Shown here: positions 1 through 15,000 of the stretch, piece after piece
How positions within the stretch are numbered: the stretch's first letter is position 1
How the letters are laid out: each line of letters begins with the position of its first letter
NCBI GenBank assembly: GCA_964247055.1
Contig: OZ176057.1
Location: 4,278,001-4,342,000 of the forward strand
DNA length: 64,000 nt
Origin: Paragordius varius
Lineage: Eukaryota > Animalia > Nematomorpha
Direction of reading: 5' to 3'
The notes under the pieces: generated by a model
Database searches by the model: none
Seen by the model: the letters and a program-made list of their open reading frames with translations, nothing else
Told to the model about the DNA's origin: nothing
Made by a program: the position numbers and the translations under genes

Positions 1-3000
1 TGTTTGATTGTTGGAAACATTTAAAAGTTTTTGGGCAACATATTTTGTTTGTTGGAAAAATTATTTGATTGTTGAATATATATGTTTGATTGTTGGAAAC
101 ATTTAAAAGGTTTTGGGCAACATATTTTGATTGTTGGAAAAATTATTTGATTGTTGAATATATATGTTTGATTGTTGTAAACATTAAAAAGTTATTGGGC
201 AATATATTTTGATTGTTGGAAAAATGTTTTGATTGTTGAAAATATATGTTTGATTGTTGGAAACATTTAAAAGTTTTTGGGCAACATATTTTGATTGTTG
301 GAAAAATGTTTTGATTGTTGAAAATATATGTTTGATTGTTGGAAACATTTAAAAGTTTTTGGGCAACATATTTTGATTGTTGGAAAAATGTTTTGATTGT
401 TGAAAATATATGTTTGATTGTTGGAAACATTTAAAAGTTTTTGGGCAACATATTTTGATTGTTGGAAAAATTATTTGATTGTTGAATATATATGTTTGAT
501 TGTTGGAAACATTAAAAAGTTATTGGTCAACATATTTTGATTGTTGGAAAAATTATTTGATTGTTGAATATATATGTTTGATTGTTGGAAACATTTAAAA
601 GTTTTTGGGCAACATATTTTGATTGTTGGAAAAATTATTTGATTGTTGAAAATATATGTTTGATTGCTGGAAACATTTAAAAGTTTTTGGGCAACATATT
701 TTGATTGTTGGAAAAATTTGATTGTTTAAAATATATGTTTCATTGTTGGAAACATTAAAAAGGTTTTGCGCAACATATTTTAATTGTTGGAAAAATTATT
801 TGATTGTTGAATATATATGTTTGATTGTTGGAAACATTAAAAAGTTATTGGGCATCATATTTTGATTGTTGGAAAAATTATTTGATTGTTGTATATATAT
901 GTTTGATTGTTGGAAACATTAAAAAGTTATTGGGCAACATATTTTGATTGTTGGAAAAATTATTTGATTGTTGAAAATATATGTTTGATTGTTGGAAACA
1001 TTTAAAAGTTTTTGGGCAACATATTTTGATTGTTGGAAAAATGTTTTGATTGTTGAAAATATATGTTTGATTGTTGGAAACATTAAAAAGTTATTGGGCA
1101 ACATATTTTGATTGTTGGAAAAATTATTTGATTGTTGAATATATATGTTTGATTGTTGGAAACATCTAAAAGTTTTTGGGCAACATATTTTGATTGTTGG
1201 AAAAATTATTTGATTGTTGAAAATATATGTTTGATGGCTGGAAACATTTAAAAGTTTTTGGGCAACATATTTTGATTGTTGGAAAAATTTGATTGTTGAA
1301 AATATATGTTTCATTGTTGGAAACATTAAAAAGGTTTTGCGCAACATATTTTGATTGTTGGAAAAATTATTTGATTGTTGAAAATATATGTTTAATTGTT
1401 GGAAACATTTAAAATTTGGTCAACATATTTTGATTGTTGTAAAAAATATTTGATTGTTGAAAATATATGTTTCATTGTTGGAAACATTAAAAAGGTTTTG
1501 CGCAACATATTTTGATTGTTGGAAAAATTATTTGATTGTTGAATATATATGTTTGATTGTTGGAAACATTTAAAAGTTTTTGGGCAACATATTTTGATTG
1601 TTGGAAAAATGTTTTGATTGTTGAAAATATATGTTTGATTGTTGGAAACATTTAAAAGTTTTTGGGCAACATATTTTGATTGTTGGAAAAATTATTTGAT
1701 TGTTGAATATATATGTTTGATTGTTGGAAACATTAAAAAGTTATTGGGCAACATATTTTGATTGTTGGAAAAATTATTTGATTGTTGAATATATATGTTT
1801 GATTGTTGGAAACATTTAAAAGTTTTTGGGCAACATATTTTGATTGTTGGAAAAATTATTTGATTGTTGAATATATATGTTTGATTGTTGGAAACATTAA
1901 AAAGTTATTGGGCAACATATTTTGATTGTTGGAAAAATTATTTGATTGTTGAATATATATGTTTGATTGCTGGAAACATTTAAAAGTTTTTGGGCAACAT
2001 ATTTTGATTGTTGGAAAAATTATTTGATTGTTGAATATATATGTTTGATTGTTGGAAACATTTGAAAGTTTTTGGGCAACATATTTTGATTGTTGGAAAA
2101 ATTATTTGATTGTTGAATATATATGTTTGATTGTTGGAAACATTAAAAAGTTATTGGGCAACATATTTTGATTGTTGGAAAAATTATTTGATTGTTGAAT
2201 ATATATGTTTGATTGTTGGAAACATTTAAAAGTTTTTGGGCAACATATTTTGATTGTTGGAAAAATTATTTGATTGTTGGATATATATGTTTGATTGTTG
2301 GAAACATTAAAAAGTTATTGGGCAACATATTTTGATTGTTGGAAAAATTATTTGATTGTTGAATATATATGTTTGATTGTTGGAAACATTAAAAAGTTAT
2401 TGGGCAACATATTTTGATTGTTGGAAAAATTATTTGATTGTTGAATATATATGTTTGATTGTTGGAAACATTTAAAAGTTTTTGGGCAACATATTTTGAT
2501 TGTTGGAAAAATGTTTTGATTGTTGAAAATATATGTTTGATTGTTGGAAACATTTAAAAGTTTTTGGGCAACATATTTTGATTGTTGGAAAAATGTTTTG
2601 ATTGTTGAAAATATATGTTTGATTGTTGGAAACATTTAAAAGTTTTTGGGCAACATATTTTGATTGTTGGAAAAATGTTTTGATTGTTGAAAATATATGT
2701 TTGATTGTTGGAAACATTTAAAAGTTTTTGGGCAACATATTTTGATTGTTGGAAAAATTATTTGATTGTTGAATATATATGTTTGATTGTTGGAAACATT
2801 AAAATGTTATTGGTCAACATATTTTGATTGTTGGAAAAATTATTTGATTGTTGAATATATATGTTTGATTGTTGGAAACATTTAAAAGTTTTTGGGCAAC
2901 ATATTTTGATTGTTGGAAAAATTATTTGATTGTTGAAAATATATGTTTGATTGCTGGAAACATTTAAAAGTTTTTGGGCAACATATTTTGATTGTTGGAA

Positions 3001-6000
3001 AAATTTGATTGTTTAAAATATATGTTTCATTGTTGGAAACATTAAAAAGGTTTTGCGCAACATATTTTAATTGTTGGAAAAATTATTTGATTGTTGAATA
3101 TATATGTTTGATTGTTGGAAACATTAAAAAGTTATTGGGCATCATATTTTGATTGTTGGAAAAATTATTTGATTGTTGTATATATATGTTTGATTGTTGG
3201 AAACATTAAAAAGTTATTGGGCAACATATTTTGATTGTTGGAAAAATTATTTGATTGTTGAAAATATATGTTTGATTGTTGGAAACATTTAAAAGTTTTT
3301 GGGCAACATATTTTGATTGTTGGAAAAATTATTTGATTGTTGAATATATATGTTTGATTGTTGGAAACATTAAAAAGTTATTGGGCAACATATTTTGATT
3401 GTTGGAAAAATTATTTGATTGTTGAATATATATGTTTGATTGTTGGAAACATTTAAAAGTTTTTGGGCAACATATTTTGATTGTTGGAAAAATTATTTGA
3501 TTGTTGAAAATATATGTTTGATGGCTGGAAACATTTAAAAGTTTTTGGGCAACATATTTTGATTGTTGGAAAAATATGATTGTTGAAAATATATGTTTCA
3601 TTGTTGGAAACATTAAAAAGGTTTTGCGCAACATATTTTGATTGTTGGAAAAATTATTTGATTGTTGAAAATATATGTTTAATTGTTGGAAACATTTAAA
3701 ATTTGGTCAACATATTTTGATTGTTGTAAAAAATATTTGATTGTTGAAAATATATGTTTCATTGTTGGAAACATTAAAAAGGTTTTGCGCAACATATTTT
3801 GATTGTTGGAAAAATTATTTGATTGTTGAATATATATGTTTGATTGTTGGAAACATTTAAAAGTTTTTGGGCAACATATTTTGATTGTTGGAAAAATGTT
3901 TTGATTGTTGAAAATATATGTTTGATTGTTGGAAACATTTAAAAGTTTTTGGGCAACATATTTTGATTGTTGGAAAAATGTTTTGATTGTTGAAAATATA
4001 TGTTTGATTGTTGGAAACATTTAAAAGTTTTTGGGCAACATATTTTGATTGTTGGAAAAATTATTTGATTGTTGAATATATATGTTTGATTGTTGGAAAC
4101 ATTAAAAAGTTATTGGGCAACATATTTTGATTGTTGGAAAAATTATTTGATTGTTGAATATATATGTTTGATTGTTGGAAACATTTAAAAGTTTTTGGGC
4201 AACATATTTTGATTGTTGGAAAAATTATTTGATTGTTGAAAATATATGTTTGATTGCTGGAAACATTTAAAAGTTTTTGGGCAACATATTTTGATTGTTG
4301 GAAAAATTTGATTGTTGAAAATATATGTTTCATTGTTGGAAACATTAAAAAGGTTTTGCGCAACATATTTTGATTGTTGGAAAAATTATTTGATTGTTGA
4401 ATATATATGTTTGATTGTTGGAAACATTAAAAAGTTATTGGGCATCATATTTTGATTGTTGGAAAAATTATTTGATTGTTGAATATATATGTTTGATTGT
4501 TGGAAACATTAAAAAGTTATTGGGCAACATATTTTGATTGTTGGAAAAATTATTTGATTGTTGAATATATATGTTTGATTGTTGGAAACATCTAAAAGTT
4601 TTTGGGCAACATATTTTGATTGTTGGAAAAATTATTTGATTGTTGAAAATATATGTTTGATTGCTGGAAACATTTAAAAGTTTTTGGGCAACATATTTTG
4701 ATTGTTGGAAAAATTTGATTGTTGAAAATATATGTTTCATTGTTGGAAACATTAAAAAGGTTTTGCGCAACATATTTTGATTGTTGGAAAAATTATTTGA
4801 TTGTTGAAAATATATGTTTGATTGTTGGAAACATTTAAAATTTGGTCAACATATTTTGATTGTTGTAAAAAATATTTGATTGTTGAAAATATATGTTTCA
4901 TTGTTGGAAACATTAAAAAGGTTTTGCGCAACATATTTTGATTGTTGGAAAAATTATTTGATTGTTAAATATATATGTTTGATTGTTGGAAACATTAAAA
5001 AGTTATTGGGCAACATATTTTGATTGTTGGAAAAATGTTTTGATTGTTGAAAATATATGTTTGATTGCTGGATACATTTAAAAGTTATTGGGCAACATAT
5101 TTTGTTTGTTGGAAAAATTATTTGATTGTTGAATATATATGTTTGATTGTTGGAAACATTTGAAAGTTTTTAGGCAACATATTTTGATTGTTGGAAAAAT
5201 GTTTTGATTGTTGAATATATATGTTTGATTGTTGGAAACATTTAAAAGGTTTTGGGCAACATATTTTGATTGTTGGAAAAATTATTTGATTGTTGAATAT
5301 ATATGTTTGATTGTTGTAAACATTAAAAAGTTATTGGGCAATATATTTTGATTGTTGGAAAAATGTTTTGATTGTTGAAAATATATGTTTGATTGTTGGA
5401 AACATTTAAAAGTTTTTGGGCAACATATTTTGATTGTTGGAAAAATGTTTTGATTGTTGAAAATATATGTTTGATTGTTGGAAACATTTAAAAGTTTTTG
5501 GGCAACATATTTTGATTGTTGGAAAAATTATTTGATTGTTGAAAATATATGTTTGATTGCTGGAAACATTTAAAAGTTTTTGGGCAACATATTTTGATTG
5601 TTGGAAAAATTTGATTGTTGAAAATATATGTTTCATTGTTGGAAACATTAAAAAGGTTTTGCGCAACATATTTTGATTGTTGCAAAAATTATTTGATTGT
5701 TGAAAATATATGTTTGATTGTTGGAAACATTTAAAATTTGGTCAACATATTTTGATTGTTGGAAAAATTTTTGATTGTTGAAAATATATTTTTGATTGCT
5801 GGATACATTTAAAAGTTATTGGACAACATATTTTGTTTGTTGGAAAAATTATTTGATTGTTGAATATATATGTTTGATTGTTGGAAACATTTGAAAGTTT
5901 TTGGGCAACATATTTTGATTGTTGGAAAAATGTTTTGATTGTTGAATATATATGTTTGATTGTTGGAAACATTTAAAAGTTTTTGGGCAACATATTTTGA

Positions 6001-9000
6001 TTGTTGGAAAAATTATTTGATTGTTGAATATATATGTTTGATTGTTGGAAACATTAAAAAGTTATTGGGCAATATATTTTGATTGTTGGAAAAATGTTTT
6101 GATTGTTGAAAATATATGTTTGATTGTTGGAAACATTTAAAAGTTTTTGGGCAACATATTTTGATTGTTGGAAAAATGTTTTGATTGTTGAAAATATATG
6201 TTTGATTGTTGGAAACATTTAAAAGTTTTTGGGCAACATATTTTGATTGTTGGAAAAATTATTTGATTGTTGAAAATATATGTTTGATTGCTGGAAACAT
6301 TTAAATGTTTTTGGGCAACATATTTTGATTGTTGGAAAAATTTGATTGTTGAAAATATATGTTTCATTGTTGGAAACATTAAAAAGGTTTTGCGCAACAT
6401 ATTTTGATTGTTGGAAAAATTATTTGATTGTTGAAAATATATGTTTGATTGTTGGAAACATTTAAAATTTTATCAACATATTTTGATTGTTGTAAAAAAT
6501 ATTTGATTGTTGAAAATATATGTTTCATTGTTGGAAACATTAAAAAGGTATTGCGCAACATATTTTGATTGTTGGAAAAATTATTTGATTGTTGAATATA
6601 TATGTTTGATTGTTGGAAACATTAAAAAGTTATTGGGCAACATATTTTGATTGTTGGAAAAATGTTTTGATTGTTGAAAATATATGTTTGATTGCTGGAT
6701 ACATTTAAAAGTTATTGGGCAACATATTTTGTTTGTTGGAAAAATTATTTGATTGTTGAATATATATGTTTGATTGTTGGAAACATTTGAAAGTTTTTGG
6801 GCAACATATTTTGATTGTTGGAAAAATGTTTTGATTGTTGAATATATATGTTTGATTGTTGGAAACATTTAAAAGTTTTTGGGCAACATATTTTGATTGT
6901 TGGAAAAATTATTTGATTGTTGAAAATATATGTTTGATTGTTGGAAACATTTAAAAGTTTTTGGGCAACATATTTGGATTGTTGGAAAAATGTTTTGATT
7001 GTTGAAAATATATGTTTGATTGTTGGAAACATTTAAAAGTTTTTGGGCAACATATTTTCATTGTTGGAAAAATGTTTTGATTGTTGAAAATATATTGGAA
7101 ACATTTAAAAATTTTGGGCAACATATTTTGATTGTTGGAAAAACTTGATTGTTGAAAATATATGTTTCATTGTTGGAAACATAAAAAAGGTTTTGCGCAG
7201 CATATTTTGATTGTTGGAAAAATTATTTGATTGTTGAAAATATATGTTTGATTGCTGGAAACATTTAAAAGTTTTTGGGCAACATATTTTGATTGTTGGA
7301 AAAATTATTTGATTGTTGAATATATATGTTTGATTGTTGGAAACATTAAAAAGTTATTGGGCAACATATTTTGATTGTTGGAAAAATGTTTTGATTGTTG
7401 AAAATATATGTTTGATTGCTGGATACATTTAAAAGTTATTGGGCAACATATTTTGTTTGTTGGAAAAATTATTTGATTGTTGAATATATATGTTTGATTG
7501 TTGGAAACATTTGAAAGTTTTTGGGCAACATATTTTGATTGTTGGAAAAATGTTTTGATTGTTGAATATATATGTTTGATTGTTGGAAACATTTAAAAGT
7601 TTTTGGGCAACATATTTTGATTGTTGGAAAAATTATTTGATTGTTGAATATATATGTTTGATTGTTGGAAACATTAAAAAGTTATTAGGCAATATATTTT
7701 GATTGTTGGAAAAATGTTTTGATTGTTGAAAATATATGTTTGATTTTTGGAAACATTTAAAAGTTTTTGGGCAACATATTTTGATTGTTGGAAAAATGTT
7801 TTGATTGTTGAAAATATATGTTTGATTGTTGGAAACATTTAAAAGTTTTTGGGCAACATACTTTGATTGTTGGAAAAATGTTTTGATTGTTGAAAATATA
7901 TGTTTGATTGTTGGAAACATTTAAAAGTTTTTGGGCAATATATTTTGATTGTTGGAAAAATTATTTGATTGTTGAATATATATGTTTGATTGTTGGAAAC
8001 ATTAAAAAGTTATTGGGCAACATATTTTGATTGTTGGAAAAATTATTTGATTGTTGAAAATATATGTTTGATTGTTGGAAACATTAAAAAGGTTTTGCGC
8101 AACATATTTTGATTGTTGGAAAAATTATTTGATTGTTGAATATATATGTTTGATTGTTGGAAACATTAAAAAGTTATTGGGCATCATATTTTGATTGTTG
8201 GAAAAATTATTTGATTGTTGAATATATATGTTTGATTGTTGGAAACATTAAAAAGTTATTGGGCAACATATTTTGATTGTTGGAAAAATTATTTGATTGT
8301 TGAATATATATGTTTGATTGTTGGAAACATCTAAAAGTTTTTGGGCAACATATTTTGATTGTTGGAAAAATGTTTTGATTGTTGAAAATATATGTTGATT
8401 GTTGGAAACATTTAAAAGTTTTTGGGCAACATATTTTGATTGTTGGAAAAATGTTTTGATTGTTGAAAATATAAGTTTGATTGTTGAAAACATTTAAAAG
8501 TTTTTGGGCAACATATTTTGATTGTTGGAAAAATGTTTTGATTGTTGAAAATATATGTTTGATTGTTGGAAACATTTAAAAGTTTTTGGGCAACATATTT
8601 TGATTGTTGGAAAAATGTTTTGATTGTTGAAAATATATGTTGATTGTTGGAAACATTTAAAAGTTTTTGGGCAACATATTTTGATTGTTGGAAAAATGTT
8701 TTGATTGTTGAAAATATAAGTTTGATTGTTGGAAACATTTAAAAGTTTTTGGGCAACATATTTTGATTGTTGGAAAAATGTTTTGATTGTTGAAAATATA
8801 TGTTTGATTGTTGGAAACATTTAAAAGTTTTTGGGCAACATATTTTGATTGTTGGAAAAATTATTTGATTGTTGAATATATATGTTTGATTGTTGGAAAC
8901 ATTTAAAAGTTTTTGGGCAACATATTTTGATTGTTGGAAAAATTATTTGATTGTTGAATATATATGTTTGATTGTTGGAAACATTAAAAAGTTATTGGGC

Positions 9001-12000
9001 AATATATTTTGATTGTTGGAAAAATTATTTGATTGTTGAATATATATGTTTGATTGTTGGAAACATTTAAAAGTGTTTGGGCAACATATTTTGATTGTTG
9101 GAAAAATTATTTGATTGTTGAAAATATATGTTTGATTGCTGGAAACATTTAAAAGTTTTTGGGCAACATATTTTGATTGTTGGAAAAATTTGATTGTTGA
9201 AAATATATGTTTCATTGTTGGAAACATTAAAAAGGTTTTGCGCAACATATTTTGATTGTTGGAAAAATTATTTGATTGTTGAATATATATGTTTGATTGT
9301 TGGAAACATTAAAAAGTTATTGGGCATCATATTTTGATTGTTGGAAAAATTATTTGATTGTTGAATATATATGTTTGATTGTTGGAAACATTAAAAAGTT
9401 ATTGGGCAACATATTTTGATTGTTGGAAAAATTATTTGATTGTTGAATATATATGTTTGATTGTTGGAAACATTAAAAAGTTATTGGGCAACATATTTTG
9501 ATTGTTGGAAAAATTATTTGATTGTTGAATATATATGTTTGATTGTTGGAAACATCTAAAAGTTTTTGGGCAACATATTTTGATTGTTGGATAAATGTTT
9601 TGATTGTTGAAAATATATGTTGATTGTTGGAAACATTTAAAAGTTTTTGGGCAACATATTTTGATTGTTGGAAAAATGTTTTGATTGTTGAAAATATAAG
9701 TTTGATTGTTGGAAACATTTAAAAGTTTTTGGGCAACATATTTTGATTGTTGGAAAAATGTTTTGATTGTTGAAAATATATGTTTGATTGTTGGAAACAT
9801 TTAAAAGTTTTTGGGCAACATATTTTGATTGTTGGAAAAATTATTTGATTGTTGAATATATATGTTTGATTGTTGGAAACATTAAAAAGTTATTGGGCAA
9901 CATATTTTGATTGTTGGAAAAATTATTTGATTGTTGAATATATATGTTTGATTGTTGGAAACATTTAAAAGTTTTTGGGCAACATATTTTGATTGTTGGA
10001 AAAATTATTTGATTGTTGAAAATATATGTTTGATTGCTGGAAACATTTAAAAGTTTTTGGGCAACATATTTTGATTGTTGGAAAAATTTGATTGTTGAAA
10101 ATATATGTTTCATTGTTGGAAACATTAAAAAGGTTTTGCGCAACATATTTTGATTGTTGGAAAAATCATTTGATTGTTGAATATATATGTTTGATTGTTG
10201 GAAACATTAAAAAGTTATTGGGCATCATATTTTGATTGTTGGAAAAATTATTTGATTGTTGAATATATATGTTTGATTGTTGGAAACATTAAAAAGTTAT
10301 TGGGCAACATATTTTGATTGTTGGAAAAATTATTTGATTGTTGAATATATATGTTTGATTGTTGGAAACATCTAAAAGTTTTTGGGCAACATATTTTGAT
10401 TGTTGGAAAAATTATTTGATTGTTGAAAATATATGTTTGATTGCTGGAAACATTTAAAAGTTTTTGGGCAACATATTTTGATTGTTGGAAAAATTTGATT
10501 GTTGAAAATATATGTTTCATTGTTGGAAACATTAAAAAGGTTTTGCGCAACATATTTTGATTGTTGGAAAAATTATTTGATTGTTGAAAATATATGTTTG
10601 ATTGTTGGAAACATTTAAAATTTGGTCAACATATTTTGATTGTTGTAAAAAATATTTAATTGTTGAAAATATATGTTTCATTGTTGGAAACATTAAAAAG
10701 GTTTTGCGCAACATATTTTGATTGTTGGAAAAATTATTTGATTGTTGAATATATATGTTTGATTGTTGGAAACATTAAAAAGTTATTGGGTTACATATTT
10801 TGATTGTTGGAAAAATGTTTTGATTGTTGAAAATATATGTTTGATTGTTGGAAACATTTAAAAGTTTTTGGGCAACATATTTTGATTGTTGGAAAAATTA
10901 TTTGATTGTTGAATATATATGTTTGATTGTTGGAAACATTAAAAAGTTATTGGGCAACATATTTTGATTGTTGGAAAAATTATTTGATTGTTGAATATAT
11001 ATGTTTGATTGTTGAAAACATTTAAAAGTTTTTGGGCAACATTTTTGATTGTTGGAAAAATTATTTGATTGTTGAAAATATATGTTTGATTGCTGGAAAC
11101 ATTTGAAAGTTTTTGGGCAACATATTTTGATTGTTGGAAAAATGTTTTGATTGTTGAAAATATATGTTTGATTGTTGGAAACATTTAAAAGTTTTTGGGC
11201 AACATATTTTGATTGTTGGAAAAATTATTTGATTGTTGAAAATATATGTTTGATTGCTGGAAACATTTAAAAGTTTTTGGGCAACATATTTTGATTGTTG
11301 GAAAATTTGATTGTTGAAAATATATGTTTCATTGTTGGAAACATTAAAAAGGTTTTGCGCAACATATTTTGATTGTTGGAAAAATTATTTGATTGTTGAA
11401 AATATATGTTTGATTGTTGGAAACATTTAAAATTTGGTCAACATATTTTGATTGTTGTAAAAAATATTTGATTGTTGAAAATATATGTTTCATTGTTGGA
11501 AACATTAAAAAGGTTTTGCGCAACATATTTTTGTTTGAAAAATTATTTGATTGTTGAAAATATATGTTTGATTGCTGGAAACATTTAAAAGTTTTTGGGC
11601 AACATATTTTGATTGTTGGAAAAATTATTTGATTGTTGAATATATATGTTTGATTGTTGGAAACATTAAAAAGTTATTGGGCAACATATTTTCATTGTTG
11701 GAAAAATGTTTTGATTGTTGAAAATATATGTTTGATTGCTGGATACATTTAAAAGTTATTGGGCAACATATTTTGTTTGTTGGAAAAATTATTTGATTGT
11801 TGAATATATATGTTTGATTGTTGGAAACATTTGAAAGTTTTTGGGCAACATATTTTGATTGTTGGAAAAATGTTTTGATTGTTGAATATATATGTTTGAT
11901 TGTTGGAAACATTTAAAAGTTTTTGGGCAACATATTTTGATTGTTGGAAAAATTTTTGATTGTTGAAAATATATGTTTGATTGTTGGAAACATTTAAAAG

Positions 12001-15000
12001 TTTTTGCGCAACATATTTTGATTGTTTGAAAAATTATTTGATTGTTGAAAATATATGTTTAATTGCTGGAAACATTTAAAAGTTTTTGGGCAACATATTT
12101 TGATTGTTGGAAAAATTATTTGATTGTTGAATATATATGTTTGATTGTTGGAAACATTAAAAAGTTATTGGGCAACATATTTTGATTGTTGGAAAATTTA
12201 TTTAATTGTTGAATATATATGTTTGATTGTTGGAAACATTTAAAAGTTTTTCGGCAACATATTTTGATTGTTGGAAAAATTATTTGATTGTTGAAAATAT
12301 ATGTTTGATTGTTGGAAACATTAAAAAGTTATTGGGCAACATATTTTGATTGTTGGAAAAATTATTTGATTGTTGAATATATATGTTTGATTGTTGGAAA
12401 CATCTAAAAGTTTTTGGGCAACATATTTTGATTGTTGGAAAAATTATTTGATTGGTGAAAATATATGTTTGATTGCTGGAAACATTTAAAAGTTTTTGGG
12501 CAACATATTTTGATTGTTGGAAAAATTTGATTGTTGAAAATATATGTTTCATTGTTGGAAACATTAAAAAGGTTTTGCGCAACATATTTTGATTGTTGGA
12601 AAAATTATTTGATTGTTGAAAATATATGTTTGATTGTTGGAAACATTTGAAAGTTTTTGGGCAACATATTTTGATTGTTGGAAAAATGTTTTGATTGTTG
12701 AATATATATGTTTGATTGTTGGAAACATTTAAAAGTTTTTGGGCAACATATTTTGATTGTTGGAAAAATTATTTGATTGTTGATTATATATGTTTGATTG
12801 TTGGAAACATTAAAAAGTTATTAGGCAATATATTTTGATTGTTGGAAAAATGTTTTGATTGTTGAAAATATATGTTTGATTGTTGGAAACATTTAAAAGT
12901 TTTTGGGCAACATATTTTGATTGTTGGAAAAATGTTTTGATTGTTGAAAATATATGTTTGATTGTTGGAAACATTTAAAAGTTTTTGGGCAACATATTTT
13001 CATTGTTGGAAAAATGTTTTGATTGTTGAAAATATATTGGAAACATTTAAAAATTTTGGGCAACATATTTTGATTGTTGGAAAAACTTGATTGTTGAAAA
13101 TATATGTTTCATTGTTGGAAACATAAAAAAGGTTTTGCGCAGCATATTTTGATTGTTGGAAAAATTATTTGATTGTTGAAAATATATGTTTTATTGCTGG
13201 AAACATTTAAAAGTTTTTGGGCAACATATTTTGATTGTTGGAAAAATTATTTGATTGTTGAATATATATGTTTGATTGTTGGAAACATTAAAAAGTTATT
13301 GGGCAACATATTTTGATTGTTGGAAAAATGTTTTGATTGTTGAAAATATATGTTTGATTGCTGGATACATTTAAAAGTTATTGGGCAACATATTTTGTTT
13401 GTTGGAAAAATTATTTGATTGTTTAATATATATGTTTGATTGTTGGAAACATTTGAAAGTTTTTGGGCAACATATTTTGATTGTTGGAAAAATGTTTTGA
13501 TTGTTGAATATATATGTTTGATTGTTGGAAACATTTAAAAGTTTTTGGGCAACATATTTTGATTGTTGGAAAAATTATTTGATTGTTGAATATATATGTT
13601 TGATTGTTGGAAACATTAAAAAGTTATTAGGCAATATATTTTGATTGTTGGAAAAATGTTTTGATTGTTGAAAATATATGTTTGATTTTTGGAAACATTT
13701 AAAAGTTTTTGGGCAACATATTTTGATTGTTGGAAAAATGTTTTGATTGTTGAAAATATATGTTTGATTGTTGGAAACATTTAAAAGTTTTTGGGCAACA
13801 TACTTTGATTGTTGGAAAAATGTTTTGATTGTTGAATATATATGTTTGATTGTTGGAAACATTTAAAAGTTTTTGGGCAACATATTTTGATTGTTGGAAA
13901 AATTATTTGATTGTTGAAAATATATGTTTGATTGCTGGAAACATTTAAAAGTTTTTGGGCAACATATTTTGATTGTTGGAAAAATTTGATTGTTAAAATA
14001 TATGTTGATTGTTGGAAACATTTAAAAGTTTTTGGGCAACATATTTTGATTGTTGGAAAAATTATTTGATTGTTGAATATATATGTTTGATTGTTGGAAA
14101 CATTTAAAAGTTTTTGGGCAACATATTTTGATTGTTGGAAAAATTATTTGATTGTTGAAAATATATGTTTGATTGCTGGAAACATTTAAAAGTTTTTGGG
14201 CAACATATTTTGATTGTTGGAAAAATTATTTGATTGTTGAATATATATGTTTGATTGTTGGAAACATTTGAAAGTTTTTGGGCAACATATTTTGATTGTT
14301 GGAAAAATGTTTTGATTGTTGAATATATATGTTTGATTGTTGGAAACATTTAAAAGTTTTTGGGCACAACATATTTTGATTGTTGGAAAAAATATTTGAT
14401 TGTTGAATATATATGTTTGATTGTTGGAAACATTAAAAAGTTATTAGGCAATATATTTTGATTGTTGGAAAAATGTTTTGATTGTTGAAAATATATGTTT
14501 GATTTTTGGAAACATTAAAAAGTTATTAGGCAATATATTTTGATTGTTGGAAAAATGTTTTGATTGTTGAAAATATATGTTTGATTTTTGGAAACATTTA
14601 AAAGTTATTGGGCAACATATTTTGATTGTTGGAAAAATGTTTTGATTGTTGAAAATATATGTTTGATTGTTGGAAACATTTAAAAGTTTTTGGGCAACAT
14701 ACTTTGATTGTTGGAAAAATGTTTTGATTGTTGAAAATATATGTTTGATTGTTGGAAACATTTAAAAGTTTTTGGGCAACATATTTTGATTGTTGGAAAA
14801 ATTATTTGATTGTTGAATATATATGTTTGATTGTTGGAAACATTAAAAAGTTATTGGGCAACATATTTTGATTGTTGGAAAAATTATTTGATTGTTGAAT
14901 ATATATGTTTGATTGTTGGAAACATTTAAAAGTTTTTGGGCAACATATTTTGATTGTTGGAAAAATTATTTGATTGTTGAAAATATATGTTTGATTGCTG

